DNA of 63,999 bases, the filler included, from Porpidia crustulata (Eukaryota): NCBI GenBank assembly GCA_964255105.1. It is 8 parts of 8 records of this genome, joined end to end, with 100 filler letters (N's around TTAATTAATTAA, not from the genome) between each part and the next. Parts side by side here need not be neighbours in the genome. Positions count along the whole stretch, not along the records: positions 24,137 to 32,069 come from CAXUWE010001210.1; positions 32,170 to 40,100 come from CAXUWE010001211.1; 6 more parts are not named here. One strand, written 5' to 3'. The notes under the pieces are model-generated. The model did no database searches. It had not been told where the DNA came from and saw nothing but the letters and a program-made list of their open reading frames with translations. Both the position numbers and the translations under genes were made by a program. This document shows positions 25,525-37,579 of this stretch, piece by piece. Position 1 is the first letter of the stretch. The number at the start of each line of letters is the position of its first letter.

Positions 25525-27028
25525 CTACACCTTGGTAACAGAAGAAGTCTCGACTGGTGTCCCGGCTCCATGCCCACCGAGTCGCTTCTTACTGACCAAT
25601 CTCAGTCCCGCAATAACCATGACCAAAGCCTCGATCCCCAGTATCACCGCCAGCGTCACCATAGCGCCGATGACACCCGCGACAGCCTTGGTCATGCCCC
25701 CTGAAGAAGCCCCGGCCTGCGAGCTCGGCGCTGCAGTCGGGCCAGAACTTGGGGATGCGCTGGCGCAGATACCGGTGCTGTTGCCGCAGGCCTGGCACCA
25801 TTGGGGTTGGGAGCCGATGGCGAATTTGTTCATGTTGTCGGCAAAGGTAGCCCATGGGATTGCGGTCTCCTGCTGGCCGAATAATGGGAAAGGCTTGGGC
25901 TCGCTGCTGGGAGATGTAGTGCCGTTGTGGAAGAGGAAGCGGACGTTGATGTCGGAAGCGGCGGGGAAGGGAGAAGCGGGGCGGTTGGTGAAGAGTTCGA
26001 AAGTCATGGTTGAGGCGTAATCCGGGACACCGTAGAAGTCCGCGTTGACTTGTGGGAGTTGGGCGAGGCCGAAGAAGGATTGGAAGCCGGCGTAGGCGCC
26101 AAACTGTATATTGAGTTTCGATTTTCCAGCGCCGGTGATGGTGGTATTGAGAGCCTGGAGAACTTGGCCAGCAAGCGAGGCGCCGCTTATGGCACGGATG
26201 GGGTCCGATACATTGTAGGCGAGATTCCATTCGTGGTTATCGGCTAAAGTGCGGGCTTGGAGCTCGGTTTGAGGCGTATACAGCTCAGACGAGGGGAAGG
26301 CGTTGCTAGAATTATGGATTGAGGCTACGTTGAGAAGGTCCCATACTAGCAAGGCAAGAGAATCAGCTGGAGCCGCGCGGATTGATTTAAGAGGAAGGCT
26401 TACTGGTGTAGGCATTCTTGAAGCTGATATCAGTGGGACCAAAGGTGTTGTTGACCATCGGGGAAAGAGATTTGTAAAAGTCTGTGGTACTGTGCAGAAG
26501 ACTCATGTAATCTGGAGAGGTGTAGTAGTTGTTCGAGCTAATAAGAGCTTTGGCGCAATTGCTTGAGCCTTGTAGCCATGCCGAATCTTCACTGCCCGTT
26601 CCAGAGGTGACGGTCTGAACTGGGATAAGCTGGAACCCGTCAAGGGGGGTCTGCACGATTGTGCCATTGCGCAGGGTGTTCGATCCCGACTTCGAGCCGA
26701 CGGGAGGGTAGATTCCTTGTAGGAAACCCTGTGCAGAGTTCATCAAAACCGTGTCGAGTGGAGCAGAGGCCGTGATCTGCGATTGCTTGGCGATGTCGGA
26801 ATTGATGCTATTGATCCTTGAGGTGGCATTGGACGAGATGTAGCGATTGCGAAAGTAGGTGCCAGAGGTAAAAATCTCCTGGTATCCCAACTCGGTCAGG
26901 TTGGCGGGCGGTGTCGACTTTGACGTGCGGTCACCATGGCGGGAGAAGATGTAGACGCCGAGGATGGTCTCTGTAGCTTGGGAACAGGGAGCGACAAGCG
27001 CGAGAAGAAGAATTTGCTGGACCTTCAT
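25525..27028 (-). CDS. Secreted/membrane-anchored histidine acid phosphatase (2 exons)
   Basis: Signal peptide, FSRHGDRT active-site motif, PDYASTMTFEL, C-terminal transmembrane helix VAGVIGAMVTLAVILG; one GTAAGC...TAG intron. Confidence 0.9.
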
Positions 27029-30000
27029 GACTGTTTGATTGAACTCGAAAGCAGGCGCGAAAGAGATTAATAAGCTAGATCGCTCATAAGACGTACCATA
27101 GTAGAGAAAAAGAAACTCTTATATCTCCGCCTACTACTAATATTAGAGAGGAGGGGCTATGGTTCTTATCTATTAAAAGACCCCGCCGGCAGATGTACTG
27201 TCGGCATTACCGCATGAGGAACATCTACCACTCCCGTCGCTATACGGGGAAGGTGGCAGATGGAAGTTATACGGGGAAGGAGAGCTGGTATAAGAGGGAC
27301 ATTGAGGCCCATTGCGGAGACAGGTATCACTCACAACTATCCTCGGATTATGGTCAGCTACCCTAGGGTTAGGGCTCCTTAAGTAAGTCATTAGGGCTAG
27401 CGTAGGCTAGCTATCCCGTCCTTAGCGAACTAATCTGAAGATGGGTTGTTTTTCTCAAGAATTCTTCATCATGCGAACAAGCTATCTAGGTATCATCTTG
27501 AATACCTTATTGTATCATCATGATCGTTAGCATCTACTCAGGATATGTTGGGATATTCTCCCTACCTGTCCATCTTAATTCGAACCCAATTAGGCAATTC
27601 TCACGGATACTACCTATTAACTCCGAATTCAATTACTTACTTACGTTCTTCCATGTTGGCTGTACATCATGAAAGGAATATCAGCCCCCAAATTTCAACG
27701 TGAAGGACTTCTATCTAGCCCTAGAGGGAATTGAATACTAGAACTTCAATCATTCCATCGATTTATAAGTCAGCCTCAACCTCAAGACTCACCAAGCGAT
27801 CCGAACGACCGCAGTTATGAAATCTTCAATGGAGCCGACAGTGATTCCGTGCTTATACGCTGCCAAATATCATAGTAACACTGTGTTTTGACTCCATACG
27901 AACAAGGGAGCTTTCTCCCTGGGTGGACCGATGTCGGACCCAAAAAAGCAGTCTCACTCCTCGACGTCAATCTGATCGTTCAAACGCTAATTCCCATATC
28001 GAGGGTGGTAGTCGCTCATCTTGTAGGGCTGGCGTTATGGGAAAACAGCATTCTTTCACAATTGACGGGTAAGCTCACCGCTAGAATCACAGCGACAGTG
28101 CGGAAAGGGAGCCAACCTAGCCAGAGGAGGTAAATGTGCGACGACATTTCAAACACGTACAGCCACGAAGGGATAGAAGGGGTAATCGGATGAGGCAACC
28201 TGGTGTGTAGACATCAAGATATGAAAAGCACGAGGACGAAGCGTGACATGTTGGATTCGAGCACTTGTTTCATATTCAAGACCTTGAGCGCAGAATTTGC
28301 TATGACTGTATCTTGGATGATATTTTCGACGCGGACACAGTGACGAGTGATTATTAGGACAGGAGGAAAGGGAACACAAGTAGCTTGCGTGAAGGGAATG
28401 GCTTGAGCAGACACGCTTGAAGAGCGCTCGCCATCTGAAGTTGAGACTTTCAGTTTCCGCAGATCTTTCAATTAACCTAAGTGGTGGCTAGTCTCTTTGG
28501 TTTGATGGCACCGCTGATGAAATATCTCTCACAATGGCTTTTGTACGTTGGCGGCTGTCCGCATTGTGCTCTTCGAAAGATCAGGAGAATGCGATTAAGC
28601 ATGAATAGAAAGGTGGGAGAGGCGGCTAGCTGAGCTTGAGATTGCGTGGTAATATCTCGTTGGATTTGTTGTCGCGCTAGTTTAGGTATGAGATTGCGTT
28701 TAGCGAAGGATTCGAGATTACGTAGGCGAGGCTATGATGAGGGAGGTGGGGATGTAATGCTGATAGGTAGTTGGTTGCAGGATAAAAAACATCGGTCCAA
28801 AGGTCAAGTCAGTTTGAGATCTTCTTTATCTTGATATGGTGACCTGAGAATTTGTAAAGCTCAGTCAGAGCTCAGTCTGATCTTCCAATTCACTCTGCAG
28901 AGAAGACGCTATTAACCACAGCCGGATTAGAAAATTATCTTATCATAAGATGTCAACATCTATTCCTCACAAAACCTACTTGGAGAGATGCCCAATTAGG
29001 AGAAGAGCGAGCGCTTTCAAGAATATCAGGCTTTTCAACGGCAAGGGGGACAGATCGCTACGGTCAAACAAAAGATTGGGGCTAGATATGATATTGGGGG
29101 GAGAAAATAGATCTCCTGGTTGCTTATACGCAGCTAGTCGTAGGATGATCATGTGTGATGAACGCGGAAAGTTCTAGAAATTGAGAGGATAGAATACCGA
29201 CCGCAAACACTGGCTTTCTTCTTTAATCTGGGTGCAATTGGGGAGGAGAATCTAGTGGCCAAGGAAATAAACCAAGCTGCAGAAACAAAGGCAGATCTAT
29301 CACCAGAGCACGCCAGAAACTGTTGCGGTACCTTCATAAAAGAGTCTCGCTCAAGTGTTGCAGTGTTATTTGGGATAGCTTGGTGATCGTGCTCAGCGTT
29401 GGCTTCGACAACTGTCCACGGTAACAGCACTGTGTACTCGTGGGCCGAAAGACTCCTTTTCGAAACATTATTCTGGCGTGTGTACTAGACAAGACGGTGT
29501 TGTGCTTTGAATATTACCGCAGTGCATGGCGCTGCTGTGATCTAGTACAATCGTTCCGAATATAGATCATGATGCATGAGTAATTAGAACGTTCTTTCGC
29601 TCTTGGATATTGCCTCGGCCGTCTCTTTGCTACTCGTTGTCAGTCATTGAATGTGCAATGCTTTCCACGAGTTATCTGCGGTACTCGTTGCGAGGCGACC
29701 TTGCTCGGCCCCTCATAGAGATAAGGCAACACATTAGTTTGCTGGGGGCTGGACTAAGTAGTCATCTTTTTCCATACGCTGCCGGGGGCGGCGCTAGAAT
29801 TAGGCTTGAGTAAAAGATTACGATGTTCTATGTGGAGGTCCGATCAAACGTGAAGCAAACGGTAAAGATGCTAATGCAGAGTATACCAATAGATTCAAGT
29901 TCGCGTTGCTCATTCCTCGGTAACGTGAGGTAGAGATGCTAGAAAGCGGGTATCGTTCGATGCAATTGTACTTTGAGGTGAGCAGAATCCACGTTGAACC

Positions 30001-30640
30001 GGTTTGGGGGCTGGGAAGCTTTTCATTTGCGTGTTGGAACTGTGGGTGTGACGCTGAAAGCTCGGTGTAACTGTGGCAGAGACTTCTATCAGATCACATA
30101 AGTGAACTGACAAAAGTCAGCTGGTCTTTACGTCTGACCCAAAAAGTTCTGCTGTGGTTGGAAGGCGATCGATGCTTCAATCTGCGCGATAGTAGTAGGC
30201 GACGGGCGGAAACAAAACCGCTGGTGATGATTGGTTATAATGACGGAGTCAGTAGCGAGATGCGCTTCGACGACCAATCAAGGCTGCTCTTGATTTCAGG
30301 GTAATCCCCGAGAAGTGGCTTGATCCGTTTCACGCCCCTGATGATCATTGTATTGCAGCACTGCAGGTACGTCTTTCGTCGCGGGGTCTGAATTAGAGTT
30401 GATTGGCAGCTACCGTGGTCAAGTTTCCGTTCGTGGACTGTGGGGGGGGACGGGTTCATCGTCATCTTCGCGAAATGGTGCCCTTACGAGAAGGTGGTCA
30501 GATTGGATGGATGCGATATACTATCATGGATATAAAGGTGGTTCATTATCTCCTGGCAAACAAAACCTGGAGTTTTCCAGTCTCACGTCCAAGATATAGC
30601 ACTCGTATTTCTTGGCTGTCTTCGCATTTCATAGCTCAGA

Positions 30641-31606
30641 ATGTGGTTCTCGAGCCTTCTCGTCTCTTCTCTTGCCGTTACTTCGGCTCTGGGATTTGTA
30701 CTGCCGCCACAACATACCAATAAGACTGAAGTGAAAGGTTTCGATATCTCCCACCCGCAGACCTCGGCGTTCTGGTCTTGTGCCAAGAAAGAAGGCTATG
30801 GTAGAGTCGGGATCCGGGGTTACCAGCAGGCTTGTGGCTCAGTACGGTCTTCATCTACTTTGATATCCAGATACTGATGGGTCAACTCTTTAGGGAGGTG
30901 GAGTGGATGCCCACTTCGTAGAATCATACCACGCAGCCAAGGCTGTAGGTCTCAGTGTTGACGCATACCTGTTTCCATGTAATGACCATCTCCCAATTGG
31001 CATAACATTTCTGACCAAGTCATAGGTGCTGGAACGCATCCTAGCGGAGTGGCATGCAAGCCGGTGAAGACCCAATTGGCGGAGTTCCTTCAAGCGATTT
31101 CGTCGAATAATCTCAAAATTGACCGTTACTGGTTTGATATTGAGCCCACCAAGATCGGCGTGAATAAAAGTCCGTGTAATTGTTGGGACTTTAGCAAGCA
31201 AGCCAACGAAGCTCTTGCCAAGGAATGGGTCACGGCAATCAAAGCATCTGGACGTAATTGGGGCATCTATGGCAATGGGTAAGTCGAGTCTCGATATTGA
31301 AGCTCACGTGTCTCCCAAGTAGTCTGACACTTGCATAGGAACCAGTGGACTGCGATGTTTGCCAGCAGGTCTACTAATGTTGGTAGCGATCTTCCTCTCT
31401 GGGCTGTGCAAGCCGATGGAAAACCTGGTGTATCTACCGTCCATACATTCATGGGCGGATGGACGAGTGCCTATGCAAAGCAATACAAGGAAGGTAAGTC
31501 TTTCATTATCAGGAATATCTAACTCGAAACAAGTGTTGACATTAAGGTAGATACTCAATTACCAGTCTGTGGAGGTACTGCAGATCTCGATTCGTTTCTC
31601 ACCTGA
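30641..31606 (+). CDS. Secreted GH25 lysozyme/muramidase, Lys1-like (protist/nematode) type, 5 exons
   Basis: Signal peptide, GFDIS, IRGYQQACGS/GGGVD, VDAYLFP/C, WFDIE (DxE), WGIY, PLWAVQAD, GGWT..AKQY, ending DLDSFLT*; four canonical introns restore one frame. Confidence 0.88.
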
Positions 31607-32020
31607 ATAGACCTGTAGCAAGATCAGATGTGTTCGTCCTGTACTATTTCCTATCTCTCTGAAGCGACTCAAGATTCATCCATAATTTTCTAGATCAATA
31701 TATCATGGTGTGCAAAGAACCCACTTTCATTAAATATGGATCAAAGGACAATCTCCGAGGATGAACTGACCCAATGAGACATAGTTACAAAGGAAAGACG
31801 TAGCTTGTTGAGTGTGTCAGGCCGAAGTCGATAATCACTATCCACATCGATGGGTCCGGCATCATCGAGGGCGTTGTTTAAAAGCTGCTATTAGGGTAGG
31901 GCATCTTTATTGTAGACTTCCTAAGGACTTAGCGGGCTTAGCTTGACAATGTGATTACTCAAATGGCGGGGTGAGGTGCTGATATTGTCGGAGCTAAGAT
32001 TTTAGCTCATCTACATTATA

Positions 32021-32069
32021 ACGTAATCCGACACTAAACGCACGCCGACACTAAACGCACACCCCACCA
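32021..32069 (+). mobile_element. Fot1/pogo-type (Tc1/mariner superfamily) terminal inverted repeat at contig end
   Basis: TA (32019-32020) followed by ACGTAAT, a 16-nt direct repeat CCGACACTAAACGCAC x2 (32028-32043, 32045-32060), then ACCCCACCA; the assembly breaks here. Confidence 0.8.
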
Positions 32070-32169
32070 NNNNNNNNNNNNNNNNNNNNNNNNNNNNNNN
32101 NNNNNNNNNNNNNTTAATTAATTAANNNNNNNNNNNNNNNNNNNNNNNNNNNNNNNNNNNNNNNNNNNN
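32070..32169. other. Artificial contig spacer
   Basis: 44 N + TTAATTAATTAA + 44 N. Confidence 0.99.
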
Positions 32170-33982
32170 CTTCCCCATCGCGCTCGTCGAGCTCACCCCG
32201 CCCGTGACCATCTTGAGCAGATTATCCACGTAGTTCGCCCCGCTCCATTTCTGGTGCGTCACCACGTCAATCTTAGCCTCCATCTCGGGTTCCTGCACCA
32301 GCTCGCCGTAGGCGCGCATGCCGTGCTTGGCAAAGGCCTTGCTGAACTGGTCGGAGATGAGGGCGGTGGTGTGCAGGCCGGCGAGGGTGATGAACTGCCA
32401 GCAGTAGCCGAGGGCGCCGAGGCGGGCGATGTAGGTTTCCTGCTCGGCGCGGGGCATGGCGGATTTCCAGTTGAAGGATGGGGAGAGGTTGTAGGCGAGT
32501 CTGGTGGGAATACGTTAGCAACGATGAGGGAATCACCGCTATGCTAGCGAAAGGATGGGGGAGTATATTACTTTTGCTCGGGCCAGACAGCATGCACGCC
32601 GTTGGCGAATGCCTCGGCTTGTTTGAAGTCAGGCAGTTTGCTCTCCATCCAGATCATATCCGCATACGGTCCGTACGCAATGGCGCGGTTGACGGCGCAT
32701 CCGCATCCTCCTTGGTAGCGGTAGAACCCCTCTCTAGTCCTAGGGGCGTCCCAGTCCCAGTGAACGTCTACACCTGTAATACCTTTGGCAATGGCTCTGG
32801 CCTCGGAATTGCTTCTTCCTTTGACTGAGGAAAGGTATTCTTTGATCAGGCCCTGTTTATTTACGTGGACACCGGCGTGGATCATCTCAAGCACTGCATC
32901 ATCAAAAAGCTTGAGCCCGGATTGTGCGAGCCATTGGTCCTCGATTGCTTGGAGCTGATCGCCAGTTTGGCCAGCTTGTTCTGCAGCAACCATGAGATCG
33001 TTTAGGGGTTGGAGAGCGGGATTGGTAATTCCAAGGATAAAGCCGTGGTCTCGGTGGTCAATAGTGGATGTGATAAGAGTTGCGGCTTCAGAATCTGTTC
33101 TCGCAATAGCGAGAAGGTCGGTACCTGGTGCTCTCAGCCTTTACTCCGTACAAGATGGCGGACATATTCTTACCCATGATGTCAGCCTGTGCCCTGATGG
33201 CCACCAACCGATTGATATGCTCGCTGATTGGCACCAAGACTTTACCAGCCATATGGCCACACTTCTTTGTACCCGGTGCTTGGTCTTCGATGTGGATTCC
33301 TGCTGCTCCCTTCTCAACAAAGAGCTTGGTAAGCTTCATGACCGCTGTGAGACCTCCATGACCGGTATCCGCATCTGCAATGAGAGGCCTTAAGAAGTCG
33401 GTATTGGCGACGCTACTACGACTTGCCTTGGGAGTAGTGATGCGTTCTTCGCGCTGCTTGCGGTCGTGGAAGAGCTGGGCCATGAAGAGATGCTGGACCT
33501 TGTTGGGCACAGTGTTCTGCCATCGTCAGTCATTACGCGTTCGTCGACAGACTCCAAGACTCATACCATTGGGTAGTCTGCAAGATCAGGCGAAGGCTCA
33601 TCTGTCGATGATGCTGTGGACGAAGATTGCCAGCCGGATACATATACCGTGTCGAGGTATTTAGCCATCTGGGTGAGCATCGTTGGTTCAAGACAGCCGT
33701 AAGTAAAGCTAGCATCACCATTCTATATACCCAAGATTAGTATCGTTCCTCAATCAAATTGTCCAAGGATACACCGACTTTGAATCTGCCTTCCACAATG
33801 TTCCAAAGCTTCTTGCTCATGGCATTACTTGGGTATTCTATCTTGAGATTTCCTCTCTTGGCGACTATTTGCTCAGCCGTGAATGGCCGCTTGGTGTGCC
33901 TCCATCGAGAGTCTGTCCACCACTGCTTGACGGCCTTCACGTCATTCGCGTAGATCTGATCTTCGAGGTCTATTGACGACAT
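32170..33982 (-). CDS. ICL1: Isocitrate lyase (glyoxylate cycle; AcuD/Icl1), last codons truncated
   Basis: [25 protein letters not shown] signature, [29 protein letters not shown]; several GT-AG introns. Confidence 0.97.
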
Positions 33983-34842
33983 TGGTACAGCAACCACGAA
34001 GGTCTTTTGGTCCGCCAGTGTCACTCGCTGTGCAAAGTTCGTCAAGACAGTGAGATTGTATACACAGAGCCTTGAAGGAAACTTGTCTGAAGTAATCCTT
34101 AAATAGTGTGGAGATGAATTGAGAAGGATGGAATTCACAAGGCTCAGGGTGGGAAGGAATGACGGTAATAACAACAGGAAGAAAGGGTCACCCGGGACGT
34201 CTCGGCGGCCATACTTGTAAGAGACATCTCGGACTGGTGTAGGGAAAGGTTTGGTACTATTTGCTCATAGTATTGGGAGTTTGTCGGTCCAAAGGGAGAC
34301 TGACCCAAGTAGGGCATAAGCATGTGCAATTGTGTGGGGAAGCGAGGAAGCGAGGAAGCGAGGAAAGCTTTGCCGGGGGGTTCTTATGTCAGAATGAAGT
34401 CATCAATACTTGATCCGCTGAGCAGCATAGTAGTAGGCGCAACGATGACAATACATATTGAATTTCGACGATATCCACTTCACTTACAATTCTATGAGTA
34501 TTGTATCTCTGCTCCAGGACTCTCCTAAAGCTGCCATGAGAAGATGGACTACTGGCGGAGCTTTCCATGGTTGAGTTGGCCTCGGCTCGGAGCGGCAGAT
34601 ATTTATTCCGTGTCCACATTTAGAATTAGATATTTCCCCCTGTCATTATTTGCTTCAGCTTTCGAAAACATTAGTGAATAGCTCTTTTACACGCAATGGC
34701 GATGTGAGGCGCCTCCCTCATGTGTGGCAGGGAGCACTTCTTTCTCACGAATTGCAATCGCGAGATGGCGCTTGCAAATTCCTTACCACTAATTTAGATA
34801 TCACTGCACCAGTATCTCAATTTTCCACCCAGATTGCCAAAC

Positions 34843-35763
34843 ATGGAGGACTTACAAACGAAGCATAGGCAGGAGCAGAGGGATCTTCAGTCACGAATTA
34901 CCCAGAAGAAAAAGTCGGCAATTAAGAAGACACGAAAACGGGTCAATGATGAATGTACCTCACTTGAGAGACAACTCAAGGAACAGCATGAGCTCGAATT
35001 GTCTGCCCTGGATAGCGGTTCTGTATCAGAGGCACCCAGACTTAGAAATGATTATGATGAGATTTTGGAAGCAGTTGTCCCAAAATCTGATGAACTCCAA
35101 ACCGTCGGAGAGACTGATGACTCGTCGCACATATTACAAAGCTCAGAAGTAGGCCAAACCAAGAAGCCACACCGCCAAAAAGCTCGATTGGCCAGACGGG
35201 CTGCAGAACAGGAAGCAGTGGCAGCACAGGCTGCCAAGGAATCTTCTGACCTGCCGGATCTTCGGGAGCGTGAACGTGAAGCAATGCGATTGGCCTATAC
35301 TGCACGTGGTCTCAAGGAGAGAGAGATACGATCCGATGGACATTGCTTATATGCTGCAATTGCAGACCAGATTATGGAGTCTGATATTGACCTACAGCCA
35401 AGCATTGGGGTCGCTAGTACGAACAACTTTAATGGAAGTGCAGCTCTTGACTATAAGGTCGTACGCCATGTAGCGGCGAAATATATTTCGGATAACCCGG
35501 ATGACTTTGTGCCGTTCTTAGAGAAACCACTCGATGAGTATACTCAAATGATCCGCGACACCGGTGAGTGGGGAGGTCACCTTGAACTGCTAGCATTAGC
35601 AAGAGCATATGGTGTCAACATCAATGTTCTACAGGGTGACGGGGATGTCGTAATAATAGAATGTGGCTCAGAGAAGACTGCCAGCCCGCTTTGGCTTGCC
35701 TACTATCACCACAGTTTTGGGCTTGGAGAGCATTACAACTCCCTGCGCCGCGCAGTCCCATAA
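34843..35763 (+). CDS. OTU2: OTU-domain deubiquitinase (Otu2/OTUD6-like)
   Basis: N-terminal HRQEQRDLQSRITQKKK, catalytic DGHCLY, WGGHLEL and GLGEHYNSL. Confidence 0.92.
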   Translation: MEDLQTKHRQEQRDLQSRITQKKKSAIKKTRKRVNDECTSLERQLKEQHELELSALDSGSVSEAPRLRNDYDEILEAVVPKSDELQTVGETDDSSHILQSSEVGQTKKPHRQKARLARRAAEQEAVAAQAAKESSDLPDLREREREAMRLAYTARGLKEREIRSDGHCLYAAIADQIMESDIDLQPSIGVASTNNFNGSAALDYKVVRHVAAKYISDNPDDFVPFLEKPLDEYTQMIRDTGEWGGHLELLALARAYGVNINVLQGDGDVVIIECGSEKTASPLWLAYYHHSFGLGEHYNSLRRAVP

Positions 35764-35828
35764 TACTGGCGCTACTCTCTTCGACTGTCTTTCGGCCACA
35801 ATCTCCATATCATTCCATTTGAGCTTTC

Positions 35829-36754
35829 CTAGACATCTCGTCTATGTCTCCATATGCTGACCCAATCGGTTCCCTTTCCGATCGCATGAGTGCGTTCGGG
35901 TTGCCAATGTGCAATGCGCTCCAGACCTTCCAGACTTGGCTCTCCTAGGGTACCTTCCTTAATGTGGCCGTCGTCGCTATATGGTACTACTGTACCAGGG
36001 TGGCTGAGGTGTTCGACATATACTTGAGGCGGCAATGCGTATGGCGGACCACCTGTGCTGGGGTCTTTATACGTGGGGAATTCAATACAAATGAGGTTAC
36101 CGTAAGGAGGTCGAGCCAAAAGCTGGGATTGACGGAGTGCCCACGCTGCGCGCAGGCCAATTGGGAGAGCGGAGAGGAACTACAAGCCTGGTGTCAGCTT
36201 CCCATGCTGGCCATCACACATTGAATTGAATCCATGTTTAATCGCGGGTCAGCGGAACGCAACTCTACCGTGTAATCATAAATGAGATCGAATACTCCAC
36301 CTCCTTCGACCTTGTTTATCCAGCCGTCCCCGAAGAAATCTCCATTGAGGAAAGATATACGGCCACCACCAGCCGACCCTTCCTTAGGCGGGTACTTGTG
36401 TCCGTTGGTCTTCTGCTCCTCAAAGCATCGCTTGACCGCTGTCTGGCTGACCTCGAGTCCATACGCATCGAATCCAAAGCTTGCCAATAGCAAGACGTCG
36501 TATCCTCTCCCACATCCAGGTACCAATGCTTTCTTCCGTCGTCTTCCGCCATGGCAATCGTCTCTGAAACAGGATCCAAGTATCTCATGATGGTCGCTGA
36601 GCGTGTCTTCGAGCGCAGGGTTGGGCACGCCCCTGTCAAAGGGTAGAAAGTCTCCTTTATCCCACAGCTTCGACCAGCGTTCGGTATGGTCTGAGCGATC
36701 TCCGGCAAAGTGTGCCAGCAGTTTTGCTCTGTCATCCGGCGGTGTTTGCGCCAT
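35829..36754 (-). CDS. TPMT-family thiol/halide methyltransferase (2 exons)
   Basis: WSKLW..LPFDRG.P.PAL, ALVPGCGRGYD, FDLIYDYT/FLSALP, LICIEFP..GGPP, PERTH. Confidence 0.92.
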
Positions 36755-37579
36755 ATCGATGATAGGATATGTTCGATCGAAATACCCGTGCAACTTAGAC
36801 TGCCGGTGCAATGTTGTGATGCAAAGAAGCAATGCGGTCGGTAGTGAAACCTAAAGCGGTATCAATATGAAAAGGTAACGAAAAGTCAACGATTAAATTA
36901 ATTTGGTCCATCTTTGTAGTCGAATAAGACTTAATTTCACGCCTCGCCCATTTGGCTATGGCGTCCGCGAGTACTGACTTTGGTGGGGCAGGAACCACCG
37001 ACAGATGTATCCGCCAAGGACACTCACTGATCAGAGGCATTCGAGAGACTATAAAAGGTCGCTGTCATGGATCATCACAGCCTCTCTTGTATTTCTCTAT
37101 TGGAATACATCAACGCTGTACTATCGCGATAGAGTAGCGATAGCGGACGCTTGACTTTTCACCTCGGTTCATCTGAACGGTAGTAACGGCACGCAAAGCT
37201 AAACCATCGCCCCCTCGTCTTGACTTGTCATTGACTGAGATCCTTCCCAACGCACCCAGCACACCGGTAGACGCATACGCCATTCGTCAAAATGCTGTCT
37301 GCTGTGACTGTTGATCCTGCATTATCGTCACCGCTGTTATTTAGCTTTCATGCTCCTCGACCGAAGCTTCATTCTACATTATTTATATTCTATGTTGTGG
37401 CACTTTTGTTCCAGCATACAAGGAGATGGCTTTTCGTTCACGCTCAACGATCTAGGATCACTGATAGAGTAGTAGTCTGATCATGTTGGCTGCACATGTC
37501 TGTCATAATATATAGTTTCTACGCTTTTATACATATTGTCAGATAATAGTCCTCTTTTGCGGTTCTTGTGATTGAAAGC

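Noticed and set aside
27880..30600. Scattered short ORFs between the phosphatase and GH25
   Set aside because: No family motifs and frequent stops; a gene or pseudogene cannot be supported.
32028..32060. Direct repeats as a CRISPR-like array
   Set aside because: Two adjacent copies with a 1-nt gap in a fungal genome fit a transposon TIR.
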